Both the position numbers and the translations under genes were made by a program. The notes beneath the pieces are model-generated. The model saw only the letters and a list, made by a program, of their open reading frames with translations. It had not been told where the DNA came from and searched no databases. This document shows positions 1 through 9,717 of a stretch of DNA of 64,000 bases, piece by piece. Source of the stretch: Candidatus Aminicenantales bacterium (lineage in GTDB: Bacteria; Acidobacteriota; Aminicenantia; Aminicenantales; UBA4085); NCBI GenBank assembly GCA_049515535.1, contig JBEKTZ010000002.1:147467-211466 (forward strand), in the 5' to 3' direction. Position 1 is the first letter of the stretch. Every line of letters begins with the position of its first letter.

Positions 1-975
1 ATCTTCGTTCTGGAGGGAAAGGAACCCGGCGGCAAAGCCTTGATCATGGCCAACACCCACGCCAACGAACCCGAAGGATTGCTGGCCTCCGTGATCATGA
101 TCGAAAACGCTGTCGTCGAAAAGGGAACGCTGTTGATCATTCCCCAATTCGACGCCAGCGCCGGCCGCAACACCAAACCCGGCGACGGCTACCCCCTCTA
201 CTTCGATATCCCCACCGAATGGGGACAGAAACGATTCCGGATGGGAAACCGGGACGCCTCGCCCCTCGATCAATGGCCCGATCCGGATCTCTATATCCAC
301 TATCCCGACAAGCAGCTCTTGTCTTTCGCCGATGTCCGCAACACCAATCGGACCTGGCCGGGACGGCCGGACGGCCCGCTTACGGAACAAGTGACATTCG
401 CGGCGATGGAAATGATGCGGAAGGACAAAGTCGATATCGCCGTCGACATGCACGGGGCCGAGACGATGTTTCCCGTCACCAACTGCATTGTCGCTCCCCA
501 GAAATCGGCCAAGATCGCCACTTTGGTGTCCATGACCGTCAAAGCCACGGAAGGCTTCGATAACCACGTCGAACCCTCGCCGTCGAATTTTCACGGTCTG
601 TCCCATCGTGAGATCGGCGACTTTTCGGATACGCTTCCGTTTCTGCTCGAGGCGCCCATCCCCTTCCTCGATCAGCCGACGGGTCCAAAGACCGTCAAGC
701 TCCTCCTCGACGGAAAGGATCCCTTTCTGCTCAGCCTTTCCAAAAAGAAAAAGCTCTTCGTTCCTTACGACGAGAACGGCTGGCCGATGGACAAGCGCGT
801 CGGGCAACATTGCTCGGTCGTCTTGGAGATCATCCGACAGTATTCGAAAAAGAACCCGGATATGGCCGTCCGGATCAACGGCATTCCGCGCTACGCGGAC
901 CTCGTCAAGAACGGCACGGGCCATTATTTTCACGACCCAGCCAAAGCGGAAAAGAAAAATATTCATTATGAATGA
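1..975 (+). CDS. Succinylglutamate desuccinylase/aspartoacylase-family (M14-like) deacylase, 5'-truncated
   Basis: Frame is open from base 1 (IFVLEGKEPGGKALIMAN...). Motifs THANEPEG (HxxE zinc ligands), RNTNRTWPG (DxNRxFPG-like) and AVDMHG. Confidence 0.75.
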   Translation: MFVLEGKEPGGKALIMANTHANEPEGLLASVIMIENAVVEKGTLLIIPQFDASAGRNTKPGDGYPLYFDIPTEWGQKRFRMGNRDASPLDQWPDPDLYIHYPDKQLLSFADVRNTNRTWPGRPDGPLTEQVTFAAMEMMRKDKVDIAVDMHGAETMFPVTNCIVAPQKSAKIATLVSMTVKATEGFDNHVEPSPSNFHGLSHREIGDFSDTLPFLLEAPIPFLDQPTGPKTVKLLLDGKDPFLLSLSKKKKLFVPYDENGWPMDKRVGQHCSVVLEIIRQYSKKNPDMAVRINGIPRYADLVKNGTGHYFHDPAKAEKKNIHYE

Positions 976-984
976 AAGCGCGGA

Positions 985-1017
985 CCCCGCCGTGGCTGCG
1001 CCCCATCCGCGGCGGGG
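985..1017. repeat. GC-rich intergenic hairpin (REP-like/processing stem)
   Basis: CCCCGCCGTGG-N11-CCGCGGCGGGG, an 11-bp stem with one G-U pair, between the deacylase and the first C69 gene. No U-tract. Confidence 0.5.
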
Positions 1018-1097
1018 CGGCCGGGACCGGCATGACCGCCGCCGGACCAAGGCTTCGCCTCTCTTTTGAATATCCCATGTCATCGAGGAGATCGAGA

Positions 1098-2825
1098 ATG
1101 TCCGCGAGAAAAAAGCTTTCTCTGACTCTAGGATTCTTGTTGGTTTTGTCGATCGCCATTTATTCGACGCTTCCGCCCCACCGGAACGCGGGAACCGCAT
1201 TCCCGGACACGGGCCTTTTCTCCGAAAACTGCACGGTCATCATGACCGGAAAAGACGCCACCACGGACGGATCGGTCATCACGACCCATACGGCCGACTG
1301 CGGCTCGTGCGACTGGACCTGGCGCAAGATCCCGGCCGCCGACCACAAGCCCGGCGAGATGCGCAAGCTCTATCATATTTCCCAAATGAAAACCTGGCCG
1401 CCCAAGGAAGGCCAGAAATGGGACATGATCAAGAAAGACTTCACCGGCGTCGAGATCCCCGAGCCGCTCCACACCTACGGTTATATGCACGGCGTGTTCG
1501 GCTATATGAACGACCAGCAGCTGGCCATGGGCGAATCGACGATCGGCAACCAGCGTAAAATGAGCAACCCGACGCCGGCGGCCAAAACGGATATCACGAT
1601 GCTCACCCTCCTGGCCATGGAGAGGTGCCGCACAGCGCGCGAGGCGATCAAGCTCATGGGCTCGCTGGCCGAGAAGTACGGATACGGTTTCGTCGACAGC
1701 GGCGAAATGCTGGCCGTGGCCGACGCCAAGGAAGTCTGGATCTTCGAAATCATGCCCGTCGGCCCGCTGTGGACGCCCGAAAGCGGAAAGCCCGGCGCGG
1801 TTTGGTGCGCCGAACGCATCCCCGACGACCACGTCAGCGTCTGCCCCAACGAATCGCGGATCGGCGAGATCGATCTCGACAAGCCCGATGATTTTCTGGC
1901 CTCCCCGAACGTCGTCTCGTACGCGACCGAAGCCGGGCTGTATGACCCGAAAAGCGGAAAACCGTTCAGATGGAAGCAGGCCTATGCTCCGGCCGAGGGG
2001 AGCGCTTCCAGCAGCCAGGGCCGGCGCGCCCGCCTCTGGCGGTTCTTCGATGTCGTCGCGCCGTCGCAAAAGTTCAAGCCCGAAACGCCCAACATGGACC
2101 TCCCCTTCTCCGTCAAGCCGGAAAAGAAGATCTCCGTCCAAGACGTCATGGCCTTGACCCGCGACAAGTGCGAAGGCTCGACGTTCGACCCGGTCCGGGG
2201 CATCCGCGGCGGCCCGTTCGCCAATCCGAATTATTACGGCGCAACGAGGACCATCGGCACGAACAAGGCTGAGTATACGACCGTCACGCAGTGTCGGAGC
2301 GGCCTGCCCGACCCCGTTGGCGGGATTGTCTGGCTGGCTTGGGGCGCTCAGGACACCGCTTGTTATATGCCTTTTTATGCCGGCGTAACCAAGATCCCGA
2401 AATCGTTCAATGTCGGCGATCATTGGGAGTTCAACCGGGGCTCGGCCCGCTGGGCGTTCGATTATACGGATTTCCACGCCCAAGTGGCTTATGCCGACGC
2501 TATCCAGGACGTAAAAAAGGCCCAACAGGAATGGGAAATCGGCGCCCTGACGAAAATCCCCGATATCGACAAACAGGCCTCGGAGCTTTATCTCAAGAAC
2601 CCGGCCAAAGCCGCCCAATTACTGACGGACTTCTGCAACGGCAACGCCGACAAGGTCGTGGCCGCTTGGTGGGAGCTGGGCGACAGGCTTCTCGTCAAGT
2701 ATAATCACCTTGGGTATTACGACGCGGAGAAGCGAGGACGAAGCCGCGGCAAACCCGCGCCTGATCTCTGGCGCAAAGCCGTGAGAATGGCGGACATTCT
2801 GACGGAACCCGAAACGCAAAGGTAA
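1098..2825 (+). CDS. C69-family dipeptidase (Ntn hydrolase), secreted, copy 1
   Basis: GAGGAG RBS before ATG 1098 and a signal-like N-terminus. Catalytic Cys motif CTVIMTGKDATTDGSVITTHTAD; MNDQQLAMGEST; GQDTACYMPFY-type C-terminal motif. Confidence 0.9.
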   Translation: MSARKKLSLTLGFLLVLSIAIYSTLPPHRNAGTAFPDTGLFSENCTVIMTGKDATTDGSVITTHTADCGSCDWTWRKIPAADHKPGEMRKLYHISQMKTWPPKEGQKWDMIKKDFTGVEIPEPLHTYGYMHGVFGYMNDQQLAMGESTIGNQRKMSNPTPAAKTDITMLTLLAMERCRTAREAIKLMGSLAEKYGYGFVDSGEMLAVADAKEVWIFEIMPVGPLWTPESGKPGAVWCAERIPDDHVSVCPNESRIGEIDLDKPDDFLASPNVVSYATEAGLYDPKSGKPFRWKQAYAPAEGSASSSQGRRARLWRFFDVVAPSQKFKPETPNMDLPFSVKPEKKISVQDVMALTRDKCEGSTFDPVRGIRGGPFANPNYYGATRTIGTNKAEYTTVTQCRSGLPDPVGGIVWLAWGAQDTACYMPFYAGVTKIPKSFNVGDHWEFNRGSARWAFDYTDFHAQVAYADAIQDVKKAQQEWEIGALTKIPDIDKQASELYLKNPAKAAQLLTDFCNGNADKVVAAWWELGDRLLVKYNHLGYYDAEKRGRSRGKPAPDLWRKAVRMADILTEPETQR

Positions 2826-2837
2826 AAGGAGTATCCC

Positions 2838-4562
2838 ATGATCATTAAAAAACGTTGGCCGTTCATCGGCCTGCTTGCGATCTTCCTCATCGTCGGCGCG
2901 TATGCGCTGGTCGCTCCGCGCCAAAGCGCCGGGGACGAAGCGTTCGCGGATTTCGATACGGGCGCCTGCACCGTCATCATGGTGGCGAAAGGCGCGTCGG
3001 CGGACGGCTCGACCCTGACGACCCATACCTGCGACTGCGGGATGTGCGATTGGACGTGGGGGCACATTCCCGCGGCCGATCACAAACCCGGTGAGACGCG
3101 CAGGATTTATCACATCAATCAGTACAAGACCTGGCCGCCCAAGGAAGGCCTAAAGTGGGATCTGATCAAGAAGGATTTCAGCGGGCTGGAGATCCCCGAA
3201 GTCCCGCACACCTATGCTTATCATCGCGGGATGTTCGGATATATGAACGAAAACCAGGTGGCGATCTCTGAATCCACGTTGGGCACGGTCCGGAAGCTCG
3301 TCAACAACACCCCCTCGGCGAAAATCGACCTGTCGACGCTCTCCCTCCTGGGGATGGAGCGATCCAAGACGGCGCGCGAGTGCATCCAGATCATGGGCGC
3401 GCTCGCCGAAAAATACGGATACGGCTTCAACGACGACGGCGAGATGTTCGCCGTCTCCGATCCCAACGAAGTCTGGATCTTCGAAATCATGCCCGTCGGC
3501 CCGCTGTGGACGCCGGGAAGCGGCAAGCCCGGCGCGGTCTGGTGCGCCGAGCGCCTCCCCGACGACAACGTCAGCGTTTGCCCCAACGAATCGCGGATCG
3601 GCGAGATCGATCTCGACAACAAGGAATTTTTCATGGCCTCCCCGAACGTCGTCTCCTGCGCCGTGGAAAACAAGCTTTATGATCCCGCCTCCGGCAAGCC
3701 GTTCAGCTGGAAGCGCGCTTATTCGCCGAAAGAGTTCAGCGCCACGAGCAGCCAGGGACGGGCGGCGCGCCTGTGGCGCTTCTTCGATATCGTGGCCCCT
3801 TCGCAGAAGATCAGCCCCGACACGCCGGACATGAACCTGCCGTTCTCGGTCAAACCCGACAAGAAGCTCTCGGCCCAGGACGTCATGAACATCACCCGCG
3901 ACAAGTGCTACGGCACGCCTTTCGATCCGGTCAAAGGCATCCGCGGCGGCCCCTACCTGAACCCCAATTACTGGAGCGGCACGCGGAAGATCAGCGTGGC
4001 CAACGTCGAATACACGAGCCTGGTCCAGTGCCGCGCCGGACTGCCCAACGACATCGGAGGCATCGTCTGGCTGGCTTTCGGCCCTCAGGACACATCGTGC
4101 TACATGCCCCTCTACGCGGGCATCACCGAGATGCCGAAATCCTTCATGATCGGCGACCATTTCGTGCTGAACCGGGCCTCGGCTCGCTGGGCGTTCGATT
4201 ACACGGACTTCCACACGCAAGTGGCCTACTCCGAAGCCATCGAGGACGTCAAAAAAGCGCAGATCGAATACGAGGCCGGCGTCGTCCAGAAGACGGCCGA
4301 GATCGACAAGCAGGCGCAGGATCTCCACGCTAAGAATCCGGCCAAGGCCCGCCAGTTCCTGACGAAATACTGCCTCGACAACGCCAACAAGGTCGTCAAC
4401 GCCTGGTGGGAACTGGGAGACAAGCTCCTGGTCAAATATAATCATTTCGGATTTTACGACGAGGCCAAGCGAAGCCGGGGCCGCGGCAAGCCCGCGGCGT
4501 CGATCTGGCAGAAAGCCGTAAGGATGATCGACGTTCTCGTCGATCAAGAACCTCAAAGATAA
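2838..4562 (+). CDS. C69-family dipeptidase, secreted, copy 2
   Basis: AAGGAG RBS. CTVIMVAKGASADGSTLTTHTCD motif. Colinear paralog of 1098..2825. Confidence 0.9.
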   Translation: MIIKKRWPFIGLLAIFLIVGAYALVAPRQSAGDEAFADFDTGACTVIMVAKGASADGSTLTTHTCDCGMCDWTWGHIPAADHKPGETRRIYHINQYKTWPPKEGLKWDLIKKDFSGLEIPEVPHTYAYHRGMFGYMNENQVAISESTLGTVRKLVNNTPSAKIDLSTLSLLGMERSKTARECIQIMGALAEKYGYGFNDDGEMFAVSDPNEVWIFEIMPVGPLWTPGSGKPGAVWCAERLPDDNVSVCPNESRIGEIDLDNKEFFMASPNVVSCAVENKLYDPASGKPFSWKRAYSPKEFSATSSQGRAARLWRFFDIVAPSQKISPDTPDMNLPFSVKPDKKLSAQDVMNITRDKCYGTPFDPVKGIRGGPYLNPNYWSGTRKISVANVEYTSLVQCRAGLPNDIGGIVWLAFGPQDTSCYMPLYAGITEMPKSFMIGDHFVLNRASARWAFDYTDFHTQVAYSEAIEDVKKAQIEYEAGVVQKTAEIDKQAQDLHAKNPAKARQFLTKYCLDNANKVVNAWWELGDKLLVKYNHFGFYDEAKRSRGRGKPAASIWQKAVRMIDVLVDQEPQR

Positions 4563-4588
4563 AATGAAATAGAAGGAGAAACATCCCT

Positions 4589-5242
4589 ATGAGAAATATC
4601 GTTCTCGTCTTTATCGCGATGGGCGCGCTCCTGGCCCTTCCCAGCATCGCCCTCGGCCAGACTCCGCCCCCCAAAACCCAGCTCCCCGTGCTGACGACGT
4701 CGGCCGGCCAGAGCAACGACGTCAATACGGTCAACGCGGTCTTGGAAGAGGCCGGCATCAAATACGATTATTGCGACGTGCCCTCCCTCGAAATGATCAG
4801 CGCCGGCGTGGGCCTGGCGGGAAAGCAGTCGTCCGAGGGCTTCCATGTCGAATGCTATACCGACACGGCCAAATTCCCTAAGGGCACGCCCTACAAGGCG
4901 ATTATCATCGCCATCGGCGCAAGCCTCAAGGGCATGGGCGCCTCGGGCCTGACCACGGACGCCGAGGAAGCGCGCATCAAGAAGATCGTCGATCTCTGCA
5001 AAAAGAACAAGATCTTCATCATCGGCGTCCACGCCGGCGGAGAAGCCGCCCGCGGACCGGCGGGCAGCGATAACGAACGGATGATCGACGCCGTCGCCCC
5101 CTTCGCGGACTGCCTCATCGTCACCAAGGACAGCAACAAGGACGGCCGGTTCTCCAAGATCGTCGAAAAGAGCAAATCTCCCATGACCCAGGTGGACTAT
5201 GCCCTCGGCATGGTCGATATCGTGAAGAAAATCTTCTCGTGA
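4589..5242 (+). CDS. DUF6305-family exported protein
   Basis: Signal peptide, then PVLTTSAGQSNDV and IGASLKGMGASG motifs that I recognise from DUF6305 proteins. Confidence 0.65.
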   Translation: MRNIVLVFIAMGALLALPSIALGQTPPPKTQLPVLTTSAGQSNDVNTVNAVLEEAGIKYDYCDVPSLEMISAGVGLAGKQSSEGFHVECYTDTAKFPKGTPYKAIIIAIGASLKGMGASGLTTDAEEARIKKIVDLCKKNKIFIIGVHAGGEAARGPAGSDNERMIDAVAPFADCLIVTKDSNKDGRFSKIVEKSKSPMTQVDYALGMVDIVKKIFS

Positions 5243-5253
5243 AAGAGGCCCCC

Positions 5254-8085
5254 ATGTCGTTCCTAAAAAAGATCATCGTCTTGACGGTCGCCCTGGTCCT
5301 TGCCGTATCGCTCGTCTCGGCCCAGGGAAATATCACTTCCCCGAAACAGCAATTCGGATTCAATGTCGGCGACGACTATCAGCTCATCAATTATACCCAG
5401 CTCCTCGCCTATTGGAAAAAGCTGGACAAGGAATCCGACCGGATATCGCTCGTCAACATCGGCACCTCTTCCGAAGGCCGACCGATGATCATGGCCATCA
5501 TTACCGCGCCCAAGAACCAGGGCAAACTCGAGTTCTATAAGCAGATCGCCAAGAAGCTTGCCCTGGCCAAGGGCCTGACGCAGGCCGAAGCGAAGAAACT
5601 GGCGGCCGAGGGGAAAGCGGTCGTCTGGATCGACGGCGGCCTCCACGCGTCGGAGATCGTCGGCTCCCAGCAGATCATCGAGCTCGTCTATCAGATGGCC
5701 AGCGGCAAGGACGCCGAAACGCTCAGAATCCTCGACGACGTCATCCTTCTCGCGGTCCCGGTCAACCCCGACGGCCTTGAGCTCGTCGCCAACTGGTACA
5801 TGCGGGAAAAGGATTTGCTGAAAAGGACGATGAGCGGCCTCCCCCGGCTTTACCAGAAATACGTCGGGCACGACAACAACCGCGATTATTATATGATCAA
5901 CCAGCCGGAAACCGAGGTCGTCAGTCGCCAGCTCTATATCGAATGGCACCCGCAGTTCCTGTATAACCACCACCAGGCCGGTCCGGCCGGGACGGTCTTG
6001 TTCTGCCCGCCGTTCCGCGATCCCTTTTACTACTATTTCGATCCCCTGGTCCCCGTCGGAACAGACCTCCTGGGATTGGCCATGCACGAGAGATTCGCGG
6101 TCGAGAACAAGCCCGGCGCCATCATGCGCTCGGGGGCGAGCTACTCCACCTGGTGGAACGGCGGACTCCGCAGCACGGGCTACTTCCATAACGTCATCGG
6201 GATCCTGACGGAGATCATCGGAAATCCCACACCCATGGACATCCCGTTCATACCCGACCGGGTGTTGCCCAAAGGCGACTACCCCTTCCCGATCATGCCC
6301 CAGAAATGGCACATGCGCCAATCGATAGATTATTCGATCACGGCCGATAAGGCGATCCTCGACTTCGCCTCGCGCCGGCGCGAGGAAATTCTCTACAACC
6401 GCTACGTCATGGGGAAAAACGCCATCGAAAAGGGCAGCCGCGACACGTGGACGTTCGAGCCCCTGCAGATCGCCGCGCTCCAAGCCCAAATCGAGAAAGA
6501 CCGGGCGGCGACCGCGGCCTCCGCGCCCGCTTCCGGAACTCCTCCCGCCCAGGGCCCGGCCGGGATGAGGGGCGGGGGAAGCGTGAATCTCAAATATTTC
6601 GACATGCTCAAAGACCCGGCCAAGCGCGACCCGCGCGGCTATATCATTTCCTCCGATCAGCCGGATTTTCCGACGGCTACCAAATTCGTGAACACGCTGA
6701 TCAAAAGCGGCATCGTCGCGCACCGGGCGACAAAGCCGTTCACGGTCGGGACAAAGACCTATCCCGCGGGGTCCTACGTCGTCAAAACCGCTCAGGCCTT
6801 CCGCGCCCATATCATCAGTATGTTCGAGCCGCAAGATCATCCCAACGACTTCGCCTACCCCGGCGGCCCCCCGCGCCCGCCCTATGACAGCGCCGGATGG
6901 ACCGTGGCGTTTCAAATGGGCATCCAGTTCGACCGCATCTTGGACGGCTTCGACGGCCCTTTCCAAGAGATCCAAGGCTTGGCCAAGCCGCCGGCCGGGA
7001 CGTATCCGACGGCGAACGCCAAGACCGCGGCCGGCTTCTTCGTCAGCCACCAGGTCAACGATTCGTTCATCCTGATCAACCGGCTCCTGAAGAATAACGA
7101 AGAGATCTACTGGATGAAAAAGCCGTTCACGGCCATGGGCAAAACGTTCCCGGCCGGAACGATGTACGTTCCCGCCAAGCCATCCGTCCTTCCCGTCCTC
7201 GAAAAAACGGCAAAGGAACTCGGCCTGAACATCGAGGCGGCGGACCTCAAGCCGATCGGAGAAGCTTTTCGGCTGAAGCCTCTGCGCCTGGGTCTCTGGG
7301 ACAATTACGGAGGCTCCATGGACTCGGGCTGGGTCCAGTGGATCCTCACCCGGTTTGAGTTTCCGTTCGAAGTCATCTATGCGCCAACCCTTGACGCCGG
7401 CGATCTTACGGCGAAATACGACGTCTTGATCTTTGTCGGCGGCGCCATCCCCGGCCTATTCCCGGGCGGGGGTCGGGGCGGAGCCGGCGGCTTTGGCCAG
7501 CTCAATCCGGATAATGTCCCTCCGGAATTCCGTTCAATGATCGGCCGGATCACAGTGGACAAGACGATCCCCCAGATCAAGAAATTCATGGAAGACGGAG
7601 GCGCGGTCCTGACCATCGGCAGCTCGACCGGCCTGGGCTATCACCTGGGACTTCCGATGGCGAATCACCTGGTCGAGATCACGCCGGATGGGAAAGAAGC
7701 TAACGTGGGTCAACAGAAATTTTATGTGCCGGGTTCCGTCCTTCAGGTCCGCGTGGACAATTCCCTGCCGCTGGCTTACGGGATGCCGGATTCGGTGGAT
7801 GTTTTCTTCGACAACAGCCCGGTTTTCGATCTGACTCCCGACGCCGGATTGAAAGGCGCGCAGGCCGTAGCCTGGTTTGAAAACGCCAATCCCCTCCGGA
7901 GCGGATGGGTTTGGGGAGACCAGTACCTTCGTCGCGGCGTCGAGGTCATCGCCTCTCCGGTCGGCAAAGGAAAATTGTTCCTTTTCGGCCCCGAAATCAC
8001 GTTCCGCGGACAGCCGCACGGAACTTTCAAGTTCCTCTTCAACGGGATTTATTTCGGAAGCGCGGAAACGGTCAGTTTGAATTAA
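5254..8085 (+). CDS. M14-family zinc carboxypeptidase, large secreted form with C-terminal GATase-like domain
   Basis: Signal peptide; IDGGLHASE, PVNPDG, GHDNNRD and NHHQ motifs. Confidence 0.88.
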   Translation: MSFLKKIIVLTVALVLAVSLVSAQGNITSPKQQFGFNVGDDYQLINYTQLLAYWKKLDKESDRISLVNIGTSSEGRPMIMAIITAPKNQGKLEFYKQIAKKLALAKGLTQAEAKKLAAEGKAVVWIDGGLHASEIVGSQQIIELVYQMASGKDAETLRILDDVILLAVPVNPDGLELVANWYMREKDLLKRTMSGLPRLYQKYVGHDNNRDYYMINQPETEVVSRQLYIEWHPQFLYNHHQAGPAGTVLFCPPFRDPFYYYFDPLVPVGTDLLGLAMHERFAVENKPGAIMRSGASYSTWWNGGLRSTGYFHNVIGILTEIIGNPTPMDIPFIPDRVLPKGDYPFPIMPQKWHMRQSIDYSITADKAILDFASRRREEILYNRYVMGKNAIEKGSRDTWTFEPLQIAALQAQIEKDRAATAASAPASGTPPAQGPAGMRGGGSVNLKYFDMLKDPAKRDPRGYIISSDQPDFPTATKFVNTLIKSGIVAHRATKPFTVGTKTYPAGSYVVKTAQAFRAHIISMFEPQDHPNDFAYPGGPPRPPYDSAGWTVAFQMGIQFDRILDGFDGPFQEIQGLAKPPAGTYPTANAKTAAGFFVSHQVNDSFILINRLLKNNEEIYWMKKPFTAMGKTFPAGTMYVPAKPSVLPVLEKTAKELGLNIEAADLKPIGEAFRLKPLRLGLWDNYGGSMDSGWVQWILTRFEFPFEVIYAPTLDAGDLTAKYDVLIFVGGAIPGLFPGGGRGGAGGFGQLNPDNVPPEFRSMIGRITVDKTIPQIKKFMEDGGAVLTIGSSTGLGYHLGLPMANHLVEITPDGKEANVGQQKFYVPGSVLQVRVDNSLPLAYGMPDSVDVFFDNSPVFDLTPDAGLKGAQAVAWFENANPLRSGWVWGDQYLRRGVEVIASPVGKGKLFLFGPEITFRGQPHGTFKFLFNGIYFGSAETVSLN

Positions 8086-8094
8086 ATTCCATAG

Positions 8095-8145
8095 AAATCC
8101 CCCTTCATACCCCTTTGAGAAAACGGGATGAAGGGGGATTTTTTT
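8095..8145. terminator. Intrinsic terminator between convergent genes
   Basis: AAATCCCCCTTCAT-N19-ATGAAGGGGGATTT perfect 14-bp stem followed by a T run. Confidence 0.75.
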
Positions 8146-8971
8146 ATCCGGCGATCCGGCCGTCGATCCCGATGATGACCTTCTTCGGTTCGAGGGGCGA
8201 ACCCGACAACGCGACGGCTTCCTCGACCATATGGAAGAGACCGGAGCAGCAAGGCACCTGCATGATCGCGACGGTCAATGATTTCAAGGCGTTGAGCTTG
8301 AAGATTTCAGCCAGTTTTTCGACGTAACCCGTCGCGTCGTCGAGCTTCGGGCAGGCGATGACGAGCCTCTTGCCTTTTAAAAGATCCGGATGGAAGCTTC
8401 CGAAAGAAAAGGCCGTGCAATCGGCCGCAATCAAAAGGTCGGCGTTCCGGAAGGTGGGCGCGGCCGGTGAAACCAGGTGCAACTGGATGGGCCATTGACC
8501 GAGTTCGGAGCGGCCGGAAACGGTCAGGCCGGAATCCTCTTTTTCATCTTTGACGATTTCTCGGGCCAGGCTTCCGGGGCAGCCGCAGGCCAGGGTACCC
8601 CCCGATGTTTTCTTCGACGCCGCGGCCGTAATCCGATGCCCGCCCATTCCTTGATCGTGATGCCGATCCCGCTTCACGGCGCCGTCTTTGATTCCATGGA
8701 CATTCTCCGCCGCCGCCGGGCCTCTCGTCTTCATGACATGCCGGTAAGCGGCCGTGGGATCGTAGGACCGGCTTTCGCGCTCCACGACCTTCAGGGCGCC
8801 GGTGGGGCAGACATCCAGGCAAGCGCCCAGGCCGTCGCAGAAAATCTCTTTCACCAGGACGGCCTTATTCTCTTCGTCGATTTCGAGAGCCCCTTCCATG
8901 CAGGCCGTCGTGCACACGCCGCAGCCGTCACACAAGTCCCTGTCGATCTCGATGATCTTTCTTTTGGCCAT
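8144..8971 (-). CDS. 4Fe-4S dicluster protein of the hcp-associated (FrdX-like) type
   Basis: CDGCGVCTTAC and CDGLGACLDVCP ferredoxin motifs. C-terminal domain with QWPIQLHLV, AADC, CPKLD and VPCC. Confidence 0.85.
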   Translation of the reverse strand: MAKRKIIEIDRDLCDGCGVCTTACMEGALEIDEENKAVLVKEIFCDGLGACLDVCPTGALKVVERESRSYDPTAAYRHVMKTRGPAAAENVHGIKDGAVKRDRHHDQGMGGHRITAAASKKTSGGTLACGCPGSLAREIVKDEKEDSGLTVSGRSELGQWPIQLHLVSPAAPTFRNADLLIAADCTAFSFGSFHPDLLKGKRLVIACPKLDDATGYVEKLAEIFKLNALKSLTVAIMQVPCCSGLFHMVEEAVALSGSPLEPKKVIIGIDGRIAG

Positions 8972-9002
8972 GATTTCATCTCCTTTTTTACCTGCTGGAC
9001 CG

Positions 9003-9044
9003 ATGATACGGGAGGGCGGGGATGAAATCCTTGACTTAGGTCAA
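9003..9044 (-). promoter_or_regulatory. Crp/Fnr-type operator (TTGAC-N4-GTCAA) with class II promoter for the 4Fe-4S gene
   Basis: Perfect palindrome TTGACTTAGGTCAA at 9031-9044. Minus-strand -10 TATCAT at 9008-9003 predicts +1 near 8996, which centres the box at -41.5. Confidence 0.75.
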
Positions 9045-9057
9045 AAGGAGACAATGA

Positions 9058-9717
9058 TCAAAGACCCAACTCGTCGCGCAATTTGGGGCAATCCTTGATG
9101 TGGATCGCCGGGCCCCGGACCACGATCAGTCCGTCGGCTTGCATACGCCGGAGAGTGCGGGAAAGCGTCTCACTGATCGTTCCCAGGAGCCGGGCCAATT
9201 CCGATTTTTTCATCCGAAGATCGACGACGCAACGGCCGGCGCCCGGGCAGTTCTTGAGCAAGTGGCGGATGAGCCTCTGCCGGACCGTCTTGAGGCCGAG
9301 GCTTTCGATGCGGTCGCTCAGGGCGACGCACTTCCGTGCGAGCAGATCGATGAAAAAGCGGCCCAGCGCGGGATCCGCGGCGAGAGCCCGGAAGATCTCG
9401 CGTCTTTCGAAATAATAAGCCTCGGAGTCTCTGACGGCTTGACCGTAAAAAGGAAAATTTCCGGAGATAAGGGCGACGGCTTCTCCGACGAAATCGCCCG
9501 GTCCGAGGCGCGCGACCTCGAGCTCGCGCCCTTGATCGTCGACTTTGAAGACGCGAACCTCTCCCGAAGTCAGGCAAAAAAACCCGGTGGCGGGGTCCTC
9601 GCTTCGAAAAAGATATGTCCCTCGGGAAATTTTCTTCCGGGCGCCCAGCCGCTTGATCGTGTCCGCGAGGTCCTTCATCTTGATCATCATGATATCATAA
9701 ATTGTCAGGGATCCCAT
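9058..9717 (-). CDS. Crp/Fnr-family transcriptional regulator (HcpR/Dnr-like; start uncertain)
   Basis: cNMP-binding beta-barrel (GPGDFVGE), LKTVRQRLIRHLL, and HTH KSELARLLGTISETLSRTL. No FNR N-terminal Cys cluster. Confidence 0.9.
   Translation of the reverse strand: MGSLTIYDIMMIKMKDLADTIKRLGARKKISRGTYLFRSEDPATGFFCLTSGEVRVFKVDDQGRELEVARLGPGDFVGEAVALISGNFPFYGQAVRDSEAYYFERREIFRALAADPALGRFFIDLLARKCVALSDRIESLGLKTVRQRLIRHLLKNCPGAGRCVVDLRMKKSELARLLGTISETLSRTLRRMQADGLIVVRGPAIHIKDCPKLRDELGL

Noticed and set aside
972-1097. N-terminal extensions from the ORF track (also 9100, 19057, 22074, 24037, 35602, 38782, 43749, 50945)
   Set aside because: Downstream ATGs have an RBS, promoter or signal-peptide context, and the extensions overlap neighbouring genes or hairpins.
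1128-7050. Long minus-strand ORFs (1128..2618, 3150..4556, 5263..7050) and similar ones at 16528..18534, 45953..48097 and 47767..50217
   Set aside because: They are antisense to well-supported genes, a typical artefact of GC-rich codon bias, and have no recognisable motifs.
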